A stretch of DNA of 64,000 nucleotides from Thermoplasmata archaeon (GTDB taxonomy: Archaea > Thermoplasmatota > Thermoplasmata > Halarchaeoplasmatales > Halarchaeoplasmataceae): NCBI GenBank assembly GCA_003552585.1, contig PUNK01000015.1, positions 12,513 to 76,512 on the forward strand, read 5' to 3'. The translations under genes were made by a program, and so were the position numbers. The notes under the pieces are model-generated. The model worked only from the letters and a program-made list of their open reading frames with translations. It was not told the DNA's origin and ran no database searches. Below are positions 39,728 through 48,943 of this stretch, one piece after another (positions within the stretch are counted from its first letter, which is position 1; each line of letters begins with the position of its first letter).

Positions 39728-40288
39728 TCACAACCCTAACTCATAATCGATCTCTTGTAAAGCATCAAGAGCTAGTTCTAAAAACTTGCTTTTGTCTATC
39801 CCCAATTTATGGCAGTGAAGAATCTTATCCCTTTCTATGTTCTTCGCGAAGGACGAATCATCAAACTTTTTTTGTACCGATTCAGGTCTAGCCTCTCTTA
39901 ATTGGCCATTAGGCATGACGAGAGCTGTGGCGATGACTAGACCTGATACCGCATCTGAGGCTATCAAGGCATGATCTAAATCGCTATCAGGTTGAACTCC
40001 TGTGTGCTCGTAATTATGTGCCTTCACCGCATGAAGCACTTCATCGTCCACTAACCCCTCCAGCATCTCAGCTGAACGATGAGCATGTCTTTCATGATCG
40101 TCTTTGGTCTCTTCATAATCAACATCGTGTAACAAACCGGTGAGTTCCCACTTTTCATCGTCTTTTCCCAGCTTTCTAGCCAAGTGTTTCATGATTTGAC
40201 TAACTGCTATCATATGTTTACGTAGATTTTCTGTTTCAACCTTCTCTCTCATCAACTTTACTGCTTCTTCTCTGTCCATAGTATGCAT
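39728..40288 (-). CDS. HD-domain phosphohydrolase
   Basis: H..HDVDY...H motif (LLHDVDYEE, HAHRSAEML). Confidence 0.6.
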   Translation of the reverse strand: MHTMDREEAVKLMREKVETENLRKHMIAVSQIMKHLARKLGKDDEKWELTGLLHDVDYEETKDDHERHAHRSAEMLEGLVDDEVLHAVKAHNYEHTGVQPDSDLDHALIASDAVSGLVIATALVMPNGQLREARPESVQKKFDDSSFAKNIERDKILHCHKLGIDKSKFLELALDALQEIDYELGL

Positions 40289-40385
40289 ATATCCCCATAT
40301 AGTTGAGTATGTAAAATTATTTTGGATGTTTTCACCACAAAATTAAAAATATATCATCCGTCAATGGGGGTAATCCGGAGATTCG

Positions 40386-42449
40386 ATGCAAAAGTACAGC
40401 CATGAAGAGATAAGAGAAAGGTTTCAGAACTTCTTTGAAAGTAAATATTCAGCGGACATCATGAGGATCGCAGATAATTACCCTGATGAAATGTCCCTTT
40501 ATACTCCTTACCAGGAGTTAGTTATGTTTTTTGGTGATGATTTTCCAAGATTTATTTTGAACAATCCTAAGAGATCTTTCGCGATCGCAGAAGAAGTCAT
40601 GCTTGATATAGCTGGTCAGGAAGAAAAGGATATGGAACTACATTTCAGGATCATAGAGCTGCCACAACCAAGGAATAAAACCATTCGAAATTTAAGGGCG
40701 GAGGATCTTGCAAAATTTATAGGCGTTGATGGCCTAGCTAGAAAGGTAACTGAAGTAAGACCTCGGTTGAGTGTTGCTGCCTTTCAATGTTTAAGTTGTG
40801 GGGAGATTACCTACGAACACCAAAAAAGCCAGAGTATGGATGTACCTAGTGGATGTCCAAACTGTGGTAAAGAATCGGGAAAAAAGGCAAAGTTTCTTCA
40901 TTTGCTAGAAGAATCGGAATTTAAAAATTACCAAAACATAGAGATCCAAGAAAGCCCCGAAGGATTGAGGGGGGGAGATCAACCTCAAAGACTGAGAGGT
41001 TGGATAGAGGATGACCTGGTTGGTAGAATATCACCAGGAGACCGTATCACAATTAACGGAATCCTGGACGGGACCCCTAAAAGAGGAAGAGGAGGAACGG
41101 AATCAAGGACCTTTGATATATTCATGAGAGTAAATAGTATAGAAGTAAAGGAATATGAATATGAAGAGGTAGAATTACAAAAAGAAGATAAGGAAAAAAT
41201 AGAAGAAGTTGGTAGTAACCCTCGGATTTTTTCTAAAATAGTATCTTCCATCGCACCTAGCATTTATGGATTGCCAATGGAGAAAACAGGATTAGCATTA
41301 CAATTGTTTGGCGGTGTAAGAAAGATAATGCCTGATGAGCAGAAGATAAGGGGTGATATACACGTATTACTTGTGGGAGATCCAGGGACCGCTAAATCAC
41401 AGCTTCTCAGATATATCTCCGATCTTTCACCCCGAGGGATGTACACATCAGGTAAGGGATCTACGGGTGCCGGATTGACTGCTGCTGCAGTTAGAGAAGA
41501 AGTTATGGGGGAGAGTCGATGGATCCTAGAGGCAGGAACCCTTGTGCTTGCCGATAAAGGCATAGCAGCGGTTGACGAGCTCGACAAGATGAGAGATGAA
41601 GACAGAAGTTCGATGCACGAAGCTATGGAACAACAGAGTATATCAGTTGCTAAAGCCGGAATAAATGCTAGACTAAACTCCAGGTGTGCTCTACTAGGGG
41701 CAGCAAATCCACAATATGGGCGATTTGAGATCCACGAAAACATCTCACAACAGATCAACCTGCCTCCGCCTCTGATTTCAAGATTTGACCTAATCTTTGC
41801 TCTCATGGACAGACCGGATAAAACAAAAGATAAAGCAATTGCAGAACACATTTTAAAAACACATCAGGCAGGGGAGGAACTCCAAAATGAACCGGAACTG
41901 GAAAAAGAGGAAAAACAATACTTTTCCAAAGATTTTTTAAGAAAATATATAGCCTACACTAAATCTATAAGCCCCATAATGACGGAGGAGTCCATGGATA
42001 AGTTAGAGGATTTTTATCTAAATATTAGAACAAGTGGAAGTGATTCTAACACCATCCCAATAACCGCAAGACAACTTGAATCTCTCATCCGATTGTCAGA
42101 GGCAAGTGCTAGAGCTCATCTCAGAGAAAAAGTAGTTAAAGAGGATGCTGAAAGAGCTATCAATGTGACCGAATATTTCTTAAGGCAAGTTGCTTCGACC
42201 GAAAGCGGATTGGATATTGATATGGTGGCGGCAGAATATGGCTCGTCAGAAAGAACCCTTGTTCATCAACTGAGTGATATAATCGACGAGTTAGATAGAA
42301 TTCATGAAGGAGGAGTCCCTGAAAAGGAGATAATCGAAGAGGCGGAAAAAAAAGGTTATACCCGGGAAAGTGTAAAGAAGGAATTGAGTCGTATGGGTAA
42401 CAGGGGACAGATATATTCCCCTATCCCTGGAAAATACAGAAAAACTTGA
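40386..42449 (+). CDS. mcm: MCM replicative helicase
   Basis: Zinc finger CLSCGE..CPNCG, Walker A IHVLLVGDPGTAKSQLL, Walker B AVDELDKM, arginine finger SRFDLIF, C-terminal wH. Confidence 0.92.
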   Translation: MQKYSHEEIRERFQNFFESKYSADIMRIADNYPDEMSLYTPYQELVMFFGDDFPRFILNNPKRSFAIAEEVMLDIAGQEEKDMELHFRIIELPQPRNKTIRNLRAEDLAKFIGVDGLARKVTEVRPRLSVAAFQCLSCGEITYEHQKSQSMDVPSGCPNCGKESGKKAKFLHLLEESEFKNYQNIEIQESPEGLRGGDQPQRLRGWIEDDLVGRISPGDRITINGILDGTPKRGRGGTESRTFDIFMRVNSIEVKEYEYEEVELQKEDKEKIEEVGSNPRIFSKIVSSIAPSIYGLPMEKTGLALQLFGGVRKIMPDEQKIRGDIHVLLVGDPGTAKSQLLRYISDLSPRGMYTSGKGSTGAGLTAAAVREEVMGESRWILEAGTLVLADKGIAAVDELDKMRDEDRSSMHEAMEQQSISVAKAGINARLNSRCALLGAANPQYGRFEIHENISQQINLPPPLISRFDLIFALMDRPDKTKDKAIAEHILKTHQAGEELQNEPELEKEEKQYFSKDFLRKYIAYTKSISPIMTEESMDKLEDFYLNIRTSGSDSNTIPITARQLESLIRLSEASARAHLREKVVKEDAERAINVTEYFLRQVASTESGLDIDMVAAEYGSSERTLVHQLSDIIDELDRIHEGGVPEKEIIEEAEKKGYTRESVKKELSRMGNRGQIYSPIPGKYRKT

Positions 42450-42462
42450 AGAAGGAAAAAGC

Positions 42463-42762
42463 ATGTCAGTTTACAGCAAAGTTTATAAGCAGGGGACTGA
42501 AACTCTTCTTGCAGCGTGTGATGAAAACGTCTTAGGTAAGACATTTGAGGAAGGAGAAGTTTATTTGAATGTTAAAGAGAGTTTTTATAAAGGAGATACA
42601 ACGGACCCTACCGAGCTTAAGAAAAGACTGAAAAGAGCAACGATTTCAAATCTTGTGGGGGAAATATCTGTAAATACAGCACTCAAAATGAAACTTGCTA
42701 ATAAAAAAGATGTTTTGTATGTAGAGGGTGTTCCTCACCTCCAGGTAATAAAAATGATGTGA
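42463..42762 (+). CDS. DUF424-like small archaeal protein
   Basis: TLLAACDENVLGKTFEEGEVYLNV resembles DUF424. 99 aa. Confidence 0.4.
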   Translation: MSVYSKVYKQGTETLLAACDENVLGKTFEEGEVYLNVKESFYKGDTTDPTELKKRLKRATISNLVGEISVNTALKMKLANKKDVLYVEGVPHLQVIKMM

Positions 42763-42774
42763 AAAGTGAGCTAG

Positions 42775-43821
42775 ATGTTCTGTGTGGAATGTGGTAAAGA
42801 ACCTGAAGAATTGTATAACGGATTATGCGACGAATGCTTTTTAGAGGAGATCGATGCTGATATCCCAGATAAGCTAGAGGTTGAAATATGTGCTTCCTGC
42901 GGATCTGTGAAAGAAGGACAACGTTGGATTGAAAATCCAGATCTGTATTCAATAATGCTGGAAAGGATCGATGACTCTATAAAAACTGATCAGAAAATAG
43001 ATAGCTACTCGTTCAGTACTGAATTTATAGAGCAGGACCTCAATAACATTCAAGCAGATATAGACATTGAACTGGTAACTCAAGGCTTAAAAAAAACTGT
43101 CAACAAGTCAACCGTGATTAGATTGAAAAAAGGGCAGTGTCAAACTTGTAGCAGGATACACGGCAATTATTACGAGGCAATAATTCAGATCAGACCTACT
43201 AAAGATAAAATGACTGAGGAACAGAAAGAGATAGTCAGGAAAAAGGTTGAAAAGGAGGTATCTGTTAAAAGAGGAGATGAAAGAAACATATTTGTAACGG
43301 CCCATGAAGAACGTCATGGCGGATTAGATTTTTTCATGAGCGACAACGGGGGGAGTAAAAAATTATCTAAGAACATTGCCCAAAGATTTGGAGGACACAT
43401 TACCATCTCAAGTAAATTGGCGGGGAGGAAAGATGGAAGAGATATATACAAGATGACCTATTCTGTAAGATTACCCCCCTATGAAAAAGGAGATTTTGTT
43501 CTTTTTGATGACATTATCTACCAGGTGAAGGAGATCGGTACTAGCAGCGGAAACATAGTTTTAATTGAATTAAGAACAGGTAAAAAAAATGTTATAGATA
43601 AAAGGGATTCTTATTCGCTCGAAGTGATTGGAGGGAGTGAATTGGTAAAAGAGTCTGTAATTGTTTCAGAGACTGAAAAGGAAATAAAGATACTAGATCC
43701 TGATGACTATCAAACAAAAACCCTATTGAAACCTGAAGGATATCGATCTACAGGGGATAATGTTCTAGTTCTAAAATATGATGATAGAATATTGATACTT
43801 CCTGAAAAAGAGTTAGACTGA
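42775..43821 (+). CDS. NMD3-family ribosomal export/maturation factor homolog
   Basis: N-terminal double zinc binding CVECG..CDEC..CASCG, then OB-like domains. 348 aa. Confidence 0.65.
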   Translation: MFCVECGKEPEELYNGLCDECFLEEIDADIPDKLEVEICASCGSVKEGQRWIENPDLYSIMLERIDDSIKTDQKIDSYSFSTEFIEQDLNNIQADIDIELVTQGLKKTVNKSTVIRLKKGQCQTCSRIHGNYYEAIIQIRPTKDKMTEEQKEIVRKKVEKEVSVKRGDERNIFVTAHEERHGGLDFFMSDNGGSKKLSKNIAQRFGGHITISSKLAGRKDGRDIYKMTYSVRLPPYEKGDFVLFDDIIYQVKEIGTSSGNIVLIELRTGKKNVIDKRDSYSLEVIGGSELVKESVIVSETEKEIKILDPDDYQTKTLLKPEGYRSTGDNVLVLKYDDRILILPEKELD

Positions 43822-43845
43822 AAGTCTATATAACCATAATGCATT

Positions 43846-44880
43846 GTGTTCGATATGAGTGAGATTGACGATAAAGAAAACTACCTGCTTACAACTTGGT
43901 ACGGTGTATTTATTATAAGAGATGAAAAAATAATTGAAAAAAGACTGTTTCCCAAAAATCCAGATGTCATATCCAAAAAAAGGATGATGATCAAACAAGG
44001 ACTTATCCTTCCAGAAGAAAAAGAATTGGCAGAAATATTTCGTGGAAACATATGTGTAACCACAAAAAGATTAGCTCGGTTGGGTGAGTTTAAAGAGAAC
44101 ATCGAATTGGATAAAACTCTGCTAAATGACTTGTCGTTCGATGATGATATTTTAAGGGAAGCCCTTTTAATTCAAGGTGAAAAAGAACTAAAAGACTCTG
44201 TGGATACGGATAAACATCTTGGAAGGGCTGTTGAGACTATCAGGGATCTAAATGAAACTATAAACATATTGACTGAACGTTTACGAGATTGGTACTCTCT
44301 ACATTATCCAGAGCTCGAAGAGGATACGAACAGTAAAAAATTCGTAGAGCTAATTGCTGAATTCGGAGATAGAGAAAGCATAGTAGAAAATACAAACATC
44401 GATGGTAATACCGTTGGAAAGAATATTACTGAAAATGAAAAAGAACTTTACAAAAGACTTGCCAAAGAGGTTAAATCCATGATGGATTTTAAAGAAATGT
44501 TGACCGGATATGTAGAAAAATCCATCAAAGAAACAGCACCTTCATTGACAAAATTGACTGGTCCTAAACTAGGCGGTGAATTAATATCACACGCCGGTTC
44601 TTTAAAAAAATTGGCTAGTATGCCAGCAAGTACGATCCAGGTACTAGGTGCAGAAAAATCTCTATTCCGACATCTTGAAAGGGGAACTGATCCGCCTAAG
44701 CACGGATATATTTTACAGCATCCGATTGTACATGGAGCTGCACCTAACAAAAGAGGGAAAGTAGCAAGAACTTTTGCAAATAAAATAGCTATAGCTGCTC
44801 GAGTCGATTATTTTGGAAATAGAGATATAGGAGACAGACTCAGGGAGGAACTAGAGTCGAGATTGGCAAATCTGAAGTGA
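43846..44880 (+). CDS. nop5: C/D box sRNP protein Nop5 (Nop56/58)
   Basis: NOP domain LTGPKLGGELISHAGSLKKLASMPASTIQVLGAEKSLFRHLERGTDPPKHGYILQHP. No fibrillarin gene follows it. Confidence 0.82.
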   Translation: MFDMSEIDDKENYLLTTWYGVFIIRDEKIIEKRLFPKNPDVISKKRMMIKQGLILPEEKELAEIFRGNICVTTKRLARLGEFKENIELDKTLLNDLSFDDDILREALLIQGEKELKDSVDTDKHLGRAVETIRDLNETINILTERLRDWYSLHYPELEEDTNSKKFVELIAEFGDRESIVENTNIDGNTVGKNITENEKELYKRLAKEVKSMMDFKEMLTGYVEKSIKETAPSLTKLTGPKLGGELISHAGSLKKLASMPASTIQVLGAEKSLFRHLERGTDPPKHGYILQHPIVHGAAPNKRGKVARTFANKIAIAARVDYFGNRDIGDRLREELESRLANLK

Positions 44881-44895
44881 ACAGGTCAGTTGAGC

Positions 44896-45309
44896 TTAGA
44901 AAGGTGTTTCTGGCATATCAGCACCAAGCGCTGTGTTTCTTTCAACTTTTTCTCGGGTATATATGGGTTCAGAGACAGGCATCTTTTCAACTTTGCCCTT
45001 TTTCTTTGCAATAGACCATGGCCATATCCTAGAAACATGATCTGCTCTAATGTACACTTCCTTTAAATTAATAGACGTCCAATCAACAAATCCTAAGAAT
45101 TCTTCTTCTTTAGTTGTTTCTGACTCGCTCATAGAAACTTCCTTCCAATTTATTTGAGTAGCTGAACCCTGGTAGATATCTTGAAGAATTATTGTTGTTT
45201 TATCGTATTCGACCAACCTGCCCATGAATGCCATTCCATCATCTAACACTACAAGTATCCTATTCCCCTCATGCTCCTTTAATTTCTTTTCGAGTAATGT
45301 CCCTAGCAA
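44896..45309 (-). CDS. Sm-like (LSm) fold protein with C-terminal extension, tentative
   Basis: NRILVVLDDGMAFMGRLVEYDKTTIILQDIY resembles the Sm1/Sm2 motifs. Confidence 0.3.
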   Translation of the reverse strand: MLGTLLEKKLKEHEGNRILVVLDDGMAFMGRLVEYDKTTIILQDIYQGSATQINWKEVSMSESETTKEEEFLGFVDWTSINLKEVYIRADHVSRIWPWSIAKKKGKVEKMPVSEPIYTREKVERNTALGADMPETPF

Positions 45310-45392
45310 TCAAACCACCTATATATAAATGCACTTAGGTGTAAATATAATTTGTGTTGAATGATATCTTTTTGATAATAAATTTCCAATCC

Positions 45393-46628
45393 TTATGTCC
45401 CTTCCTCCCATCCAGTTAGATAATCCCTTTGTTCTTTTGTTAATTCATCGATTATTATCCCTCTAGTCTCGAGCTCTAGCCTTGCTACTCTTTCATCCAG
45501 TTTTCTAGGTATATTATGAACACCTGGTTCAAGTTCTTTGTTCTTCATTATATACTCCGCTGCTAGCATTTGTAGGGCAAAGCTCATATCCATTATTTCT
45601 GCTGGATGTCCCTGCCCTATAGCAAGATTAACCAGCCTTCCATCAGCTAAAAGATATATCTTTCGTCCGTCATTCATCTTGTACTCTTTTACATCTTCCC
45701 GAACAATTCTGCTGGAAACGGATAAGTTTTCTAACACTGTTTTAGAGATCTCATTATCAAAATGTCCAGAGTTAGCCAAAATACAGCCATCTTTAGCAAC
45801 AGATAACTACTCTTCATCAACAACTGATTTACAGCCAGTAGCAGTCACAACAAAGTCAGCTTTTTTAATTCCCTCATGCATGGGCAAAACCTCAAAACCA
45901 TCCATATTAGCCTCCACTGCTTTTATTGGGTCAACTTCGGATATCATGACATTTGCTCCCATCCCTTTAGCTCTCATAGCGATACCTCTTCCACACCACC
46001 CATAACCTCCAACTAGGAAATTTTTCCCACTAACCTGTAGATTTGTTGCAGTCAACAGACCATCTATGGTGGACTGGCCTGTACCGTATCGGTTATCAAA
46101 AAGATGTTTCATGTAAGCGTCATTAACAGACATAACTGGAAATTCTAATTTCCCTTCAGATTCCATTGCCCTGAGACGGACGATTCCAGTCGTTGTTTCT
46201 TCAGCGCCTCCTTTTATGTTATCGAGTAGATCTCTCCTCGTAGTATGAACTAAAGATATGAGATCACCCCCATCATCTATGATAACGTCAGGATCCTGAT
46301 CGAGTATAAGATTTAGATTTTTGTAATATTCCTCTTCTGACTCTCCTCTCTTTGCATAAACATCGAGACCATATTCCTCTCTAAGTGCTTTTGCCACGGA
46401 ATCATCTGTAGATAAAGGATTGCAACTTGCCATTTTTACAGTAGCACCTGCTTCTCTAAGAGATAACCCTAAAATCCCTGTTTTTGCTTCAACATGAAGA
46501 GCCATGGATATTTTTACACCATCAAGATGTCCTGCTTTCTTCACGGATTCTCTAACCCTCTTTAGAACTTTCATGTGGTCTTTAGCCCATTTCAATCTTT
46601 TCACACCTTTTTCTACATCTCTTTCCAT
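45393..46628 (-). pseudogene. ahcY: S-adenosyl-L-homocysteine hydrolase interrupted by an in-frame TAG at 45807-45809
   Basis: The upstream ORF has the AhcY N-terminal and NAD domains (..NFLVGGYGWCGRGIAMRAKGMGANVMISEVDP..TATGCKSVVDEE). The stop is followed 27 nt later, in the same frame, by [20 protein letters not shown], which is the conserved AhcY continuation (..MKDGAILANAGHFD.EI). Confidence 0.75.
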
Positions 46629-46659
46629 CTTATCAGACCAAGAATCAAAAAAGATCGAT

Positions 46660-47385
46660 TTAATCTTTCTGTTGAGAAAGTTTTTTCAGTCTGTTAAAGA
46701 TATGATCTAAGACCTCTGAAAGGTTATCCTCGTTATCAAAATCCGATTTGGAAGGAGATAGATCTAGTAATTTCGGGACAGCCCTCACTATATTATCTAC
46801 GATGGTGATATCAGCTGTTCGGGATGTTCTTGAGAGTGGATTAAGATCAATAGTTATCACCTTTTTCCCCATATCAACCAGTGCTTGTGCTCGGTCACCA
46901 TCTTCTAATGGAACCAAGATAACATCAGAATCAAAAATACCCTCCTTTGTACATTTTCCTCTTTCATGGTCTAAACCTTTTATTTTTGCATCAGGCTCCA
47001 ATCCCAATACTTGCTCTGCACCTTGTTCCTCGAGGATTGAAATTATACGCCCAATCCTTTCAGGCGTCCTATGAAAAAGGTTGACTTCTAATTTTGCTTC
47101 AAATCTATTTGAAATTTCAACTATTCCAGAAGGAACAAGAGCAGCAACATTACCATTTACCGATATCACGGGCTTTTCAGCTTCCATTAAAACATGTATT
47201 GCTGCCCTCTCTGCTTTCAATGCAGGTGGAATCGTTTCCTCACCTAATATATAATCGAAGGCTTCACCTCGGCCATGGGCTATAAGTCCCGCTTTAGAAG
47301 TTATCCCCGCTTCTACACCCTCTACAAGCATCTCTCTAGTTCTCAGAGATAAATATCTTGGATGAGTTTTTGGTATCTCAGTCAT
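46660..47385 (-). CDS. 4-phosphopantoate--beta-alanine ligase (archaeal phosphopantothenate synthetase, DUF137)
   Basis: HPRYLSLRTREMLVEGVEAGITSKAGLIAHGRGEAFDYILGE resembles the archaeal PPS family. Confidence 0.55.
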   Translation of the reverse strand: MTEIPKTHPRYLSLRTREMLVEGVEAGITSKAGLIAHGRGEAFDYILGEETIPPALKAERAAIHVLMEAEKPVISVNGNVAALVPSGIVEISNRFEAKLEVNLFHRTPERIGRIISILEEQGAEQVLGLEPDAKIKGLDHERGKCTKEGIFDSDVILVPLEDGDRAQALVDMGKKVITIDLNPLSRTSRTADITIVDNIVRAVPKLLDLSPSKSDFDNEDNLSEVLDHIFNRLKKLSQQKD

Positions 47386-47484
47386 TATGATACACCATAG
47401 GGGGTAACTATGAGGTGATATATAGTTATCATCTCTTCGGAAAACATTTAATCCTCGTCTACTATCACTAAAGAGAGTGAAATT

Positions 47485-47751
47485 ATGTATACAATCTACA
47501 TATTCGTCGCAATATGCTTGACTGGTTTTGCCTTACTCCAAGCAATTGTGGGAGTTATAAGCTATAATCGAATGCGCAATTCAAAATTTTTACTAATCTC
47601 TTTAGCATTCATAGTTTTTGTTTTTAAAGGGATTTATTCTTTGTTAGCCATAAGTGGCATTTATGAGATATTCCCTGCACCCCATATCAATATACTAATT
47701 TGGGATCTTTTAATCGTTACACTTCTTTATCTAGCCATCCTCAAGGAGTGA
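47485..47751 (+). CDS. Small 3-TM membrane protein
   Basis: ORF only, hydrophobic. Confidence 0.3.
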   Translation: MYTIYIFVAICLTGFALLQAIVGVISYNRMRNSKFLLISLAFIVFVFKGIYSLLAISGIYEIFPAPHINILIWDLLIVTLLYLAILKE

Positions 47752-47760
47752 TAATAAAAG

Positions 47761-48294
47761 ATGGATTTAAAAGAAGATGTCCTGGAACTCGAAAGTCGAA
47801 GGGATATTTTTGAACATATATCTAAATATCCCGGAAGTTACATGAGAGAGATGCAGGAAAAGCTCGACATGGCTACCGGACAATTAGAATATCATCTAAA
47901 GTACCTCGAGGACCATAAATTGATTTCCTCTCAGATGAGCGGGAACAAAAAAAGATACTTTGTAGAAAAAGAGGTGAACTATCCAGATAGAAAATTGATA
48001 TCGATATTAAGACAGAAGACTTTGAGGAAGATTCTCATAATGCTTATAGAAAGAGGAAAGATGAATTTTTCTCAGATTGATGAAGAGGTAGATTTATCCA
48101 AATCAACCGTGTCTTTTCATCTAAAAAAGCTTGAAAATAAAGGATTAATAGAAACTCGAAGGATAGGACGAAAAAAAGTATATAGTTGTAAAAATGATAA
48201 AGAAATTGCACAAGTCCTGATAACTTATAAATCCAGTTTCCTTGACAAAGCTGTTGACAGATTTGTCGAAACATGGAGTGATATGAAACGATGA
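47761..48294 (+). CDS. Transcriptional regulator with two winged-helix domains
   Basis: Two wHTH-like segments (RRDIFEHISKYPGSYMREMQEKL and RKILIMLIERGKMNFSQIDEEVDLSKSTVSFHLKKLENKGLIE). Confidence 0.45.
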   Translation: MDLKEDVLELESRRDIFEHISKYPGSYMREMQEKLDMATGQLEYHLKYLEDHKLISSQMSGNKKRYFVEKEVNYPDRKLISILRQKTLRKILIMLIERGKMNFSQIDEEVDLSKSTVSFHLKKLENKGLIETRRIGRKKVYSCKNDKEIAQVLITYKSSFLDKAVDRFVETWSDMKR

Positions 48295-48941
48295 ATGACA
48301 AAAGACTTGACGAAAGAAAAAAACTAGTTGAGAATCTTAAAAGAAAAGGATACGTAAGGAGTAAAAGTGTTGAAATAGCGTTGCTCAAAGTGCCAAGACA
48401 TAAGTTCATACCTCCAAATATTAGAGGACAGGCTTACGTAGATTCTCCTCAACCTATTGGTAATGGACAAACTATTTCTGCTCCACACATGGTGGCGATG
48501 ATGGTGGAGGAGCTGAACCTTGAAAAAGGGATGAAAGTCCTAGAAGTTGGTGGGGGTAGGGGATATCACGCAGCAGTTATTGCTGAAGTGGTTGGAAAGG
48601 AAGGAGAAGTATATACCATCGAGAGGATAGACAACCTATCTGAATATGCTGATAAAATGCTTTCAAAATTAGGATATAATAATGTTCATGTGATAAAAGC
48701 TGATGGTTCTAAAGGATACTCCGAAGAGGCTCCCTTTGATAGGATATCTGTTGCATGTGGTGCACGTGAGGTCCCTCCGCCTCTTTTAGAACAATTAAAA
48801 CCGGGAGGAATATTATTGATACCTATTGGCAAATATTTCTACCAAGAACTAACTAAGATAACAAAATCTAAGGACGGTGAGATAAAAAAGGAAAGATTGG
48901 GAGGCGTGCTGTTCGTTCCCTTGCAAGGCGAATACAGTTGA
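48291..48941 (+). CDS. pcm: Protein-L-isoaspartate O-methyltransferase
   Basis: VDSPQPIGNGQTISAPHMVA..VLEVGGGRGYHAAV..LKPGGILLIPIG. Confidence 0.85.
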   Translation: MNDKRLDERKKLVENLKRKGYVRSKSVEIALLKVPRHKFIPPNIRGQAYVDSPQPIGNGQTISAPHMVAMMVEELNLEKGMKVLEVGGGRGYHAAVIAEVVGKEGEVYTIERIDNLSEYADKMLSKLGYNNVHVIKADGSKGYSEEAPFDRISVACGAREVPPPLLEQLKPGGILLIPIGKYFYQELTKITKSKDGEIKKERLGGVLFVPLQGEYS

Positions 48942-48943
48942 AT

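Noticed and set aside
42463-43821. The DUF424 gene and the NMD3 gene are in the same frame, so read-through was considered.
   Set aside because: Two stops (TGA at 42760 and TAG at 42772) separate them, and each protein is a complete known family.
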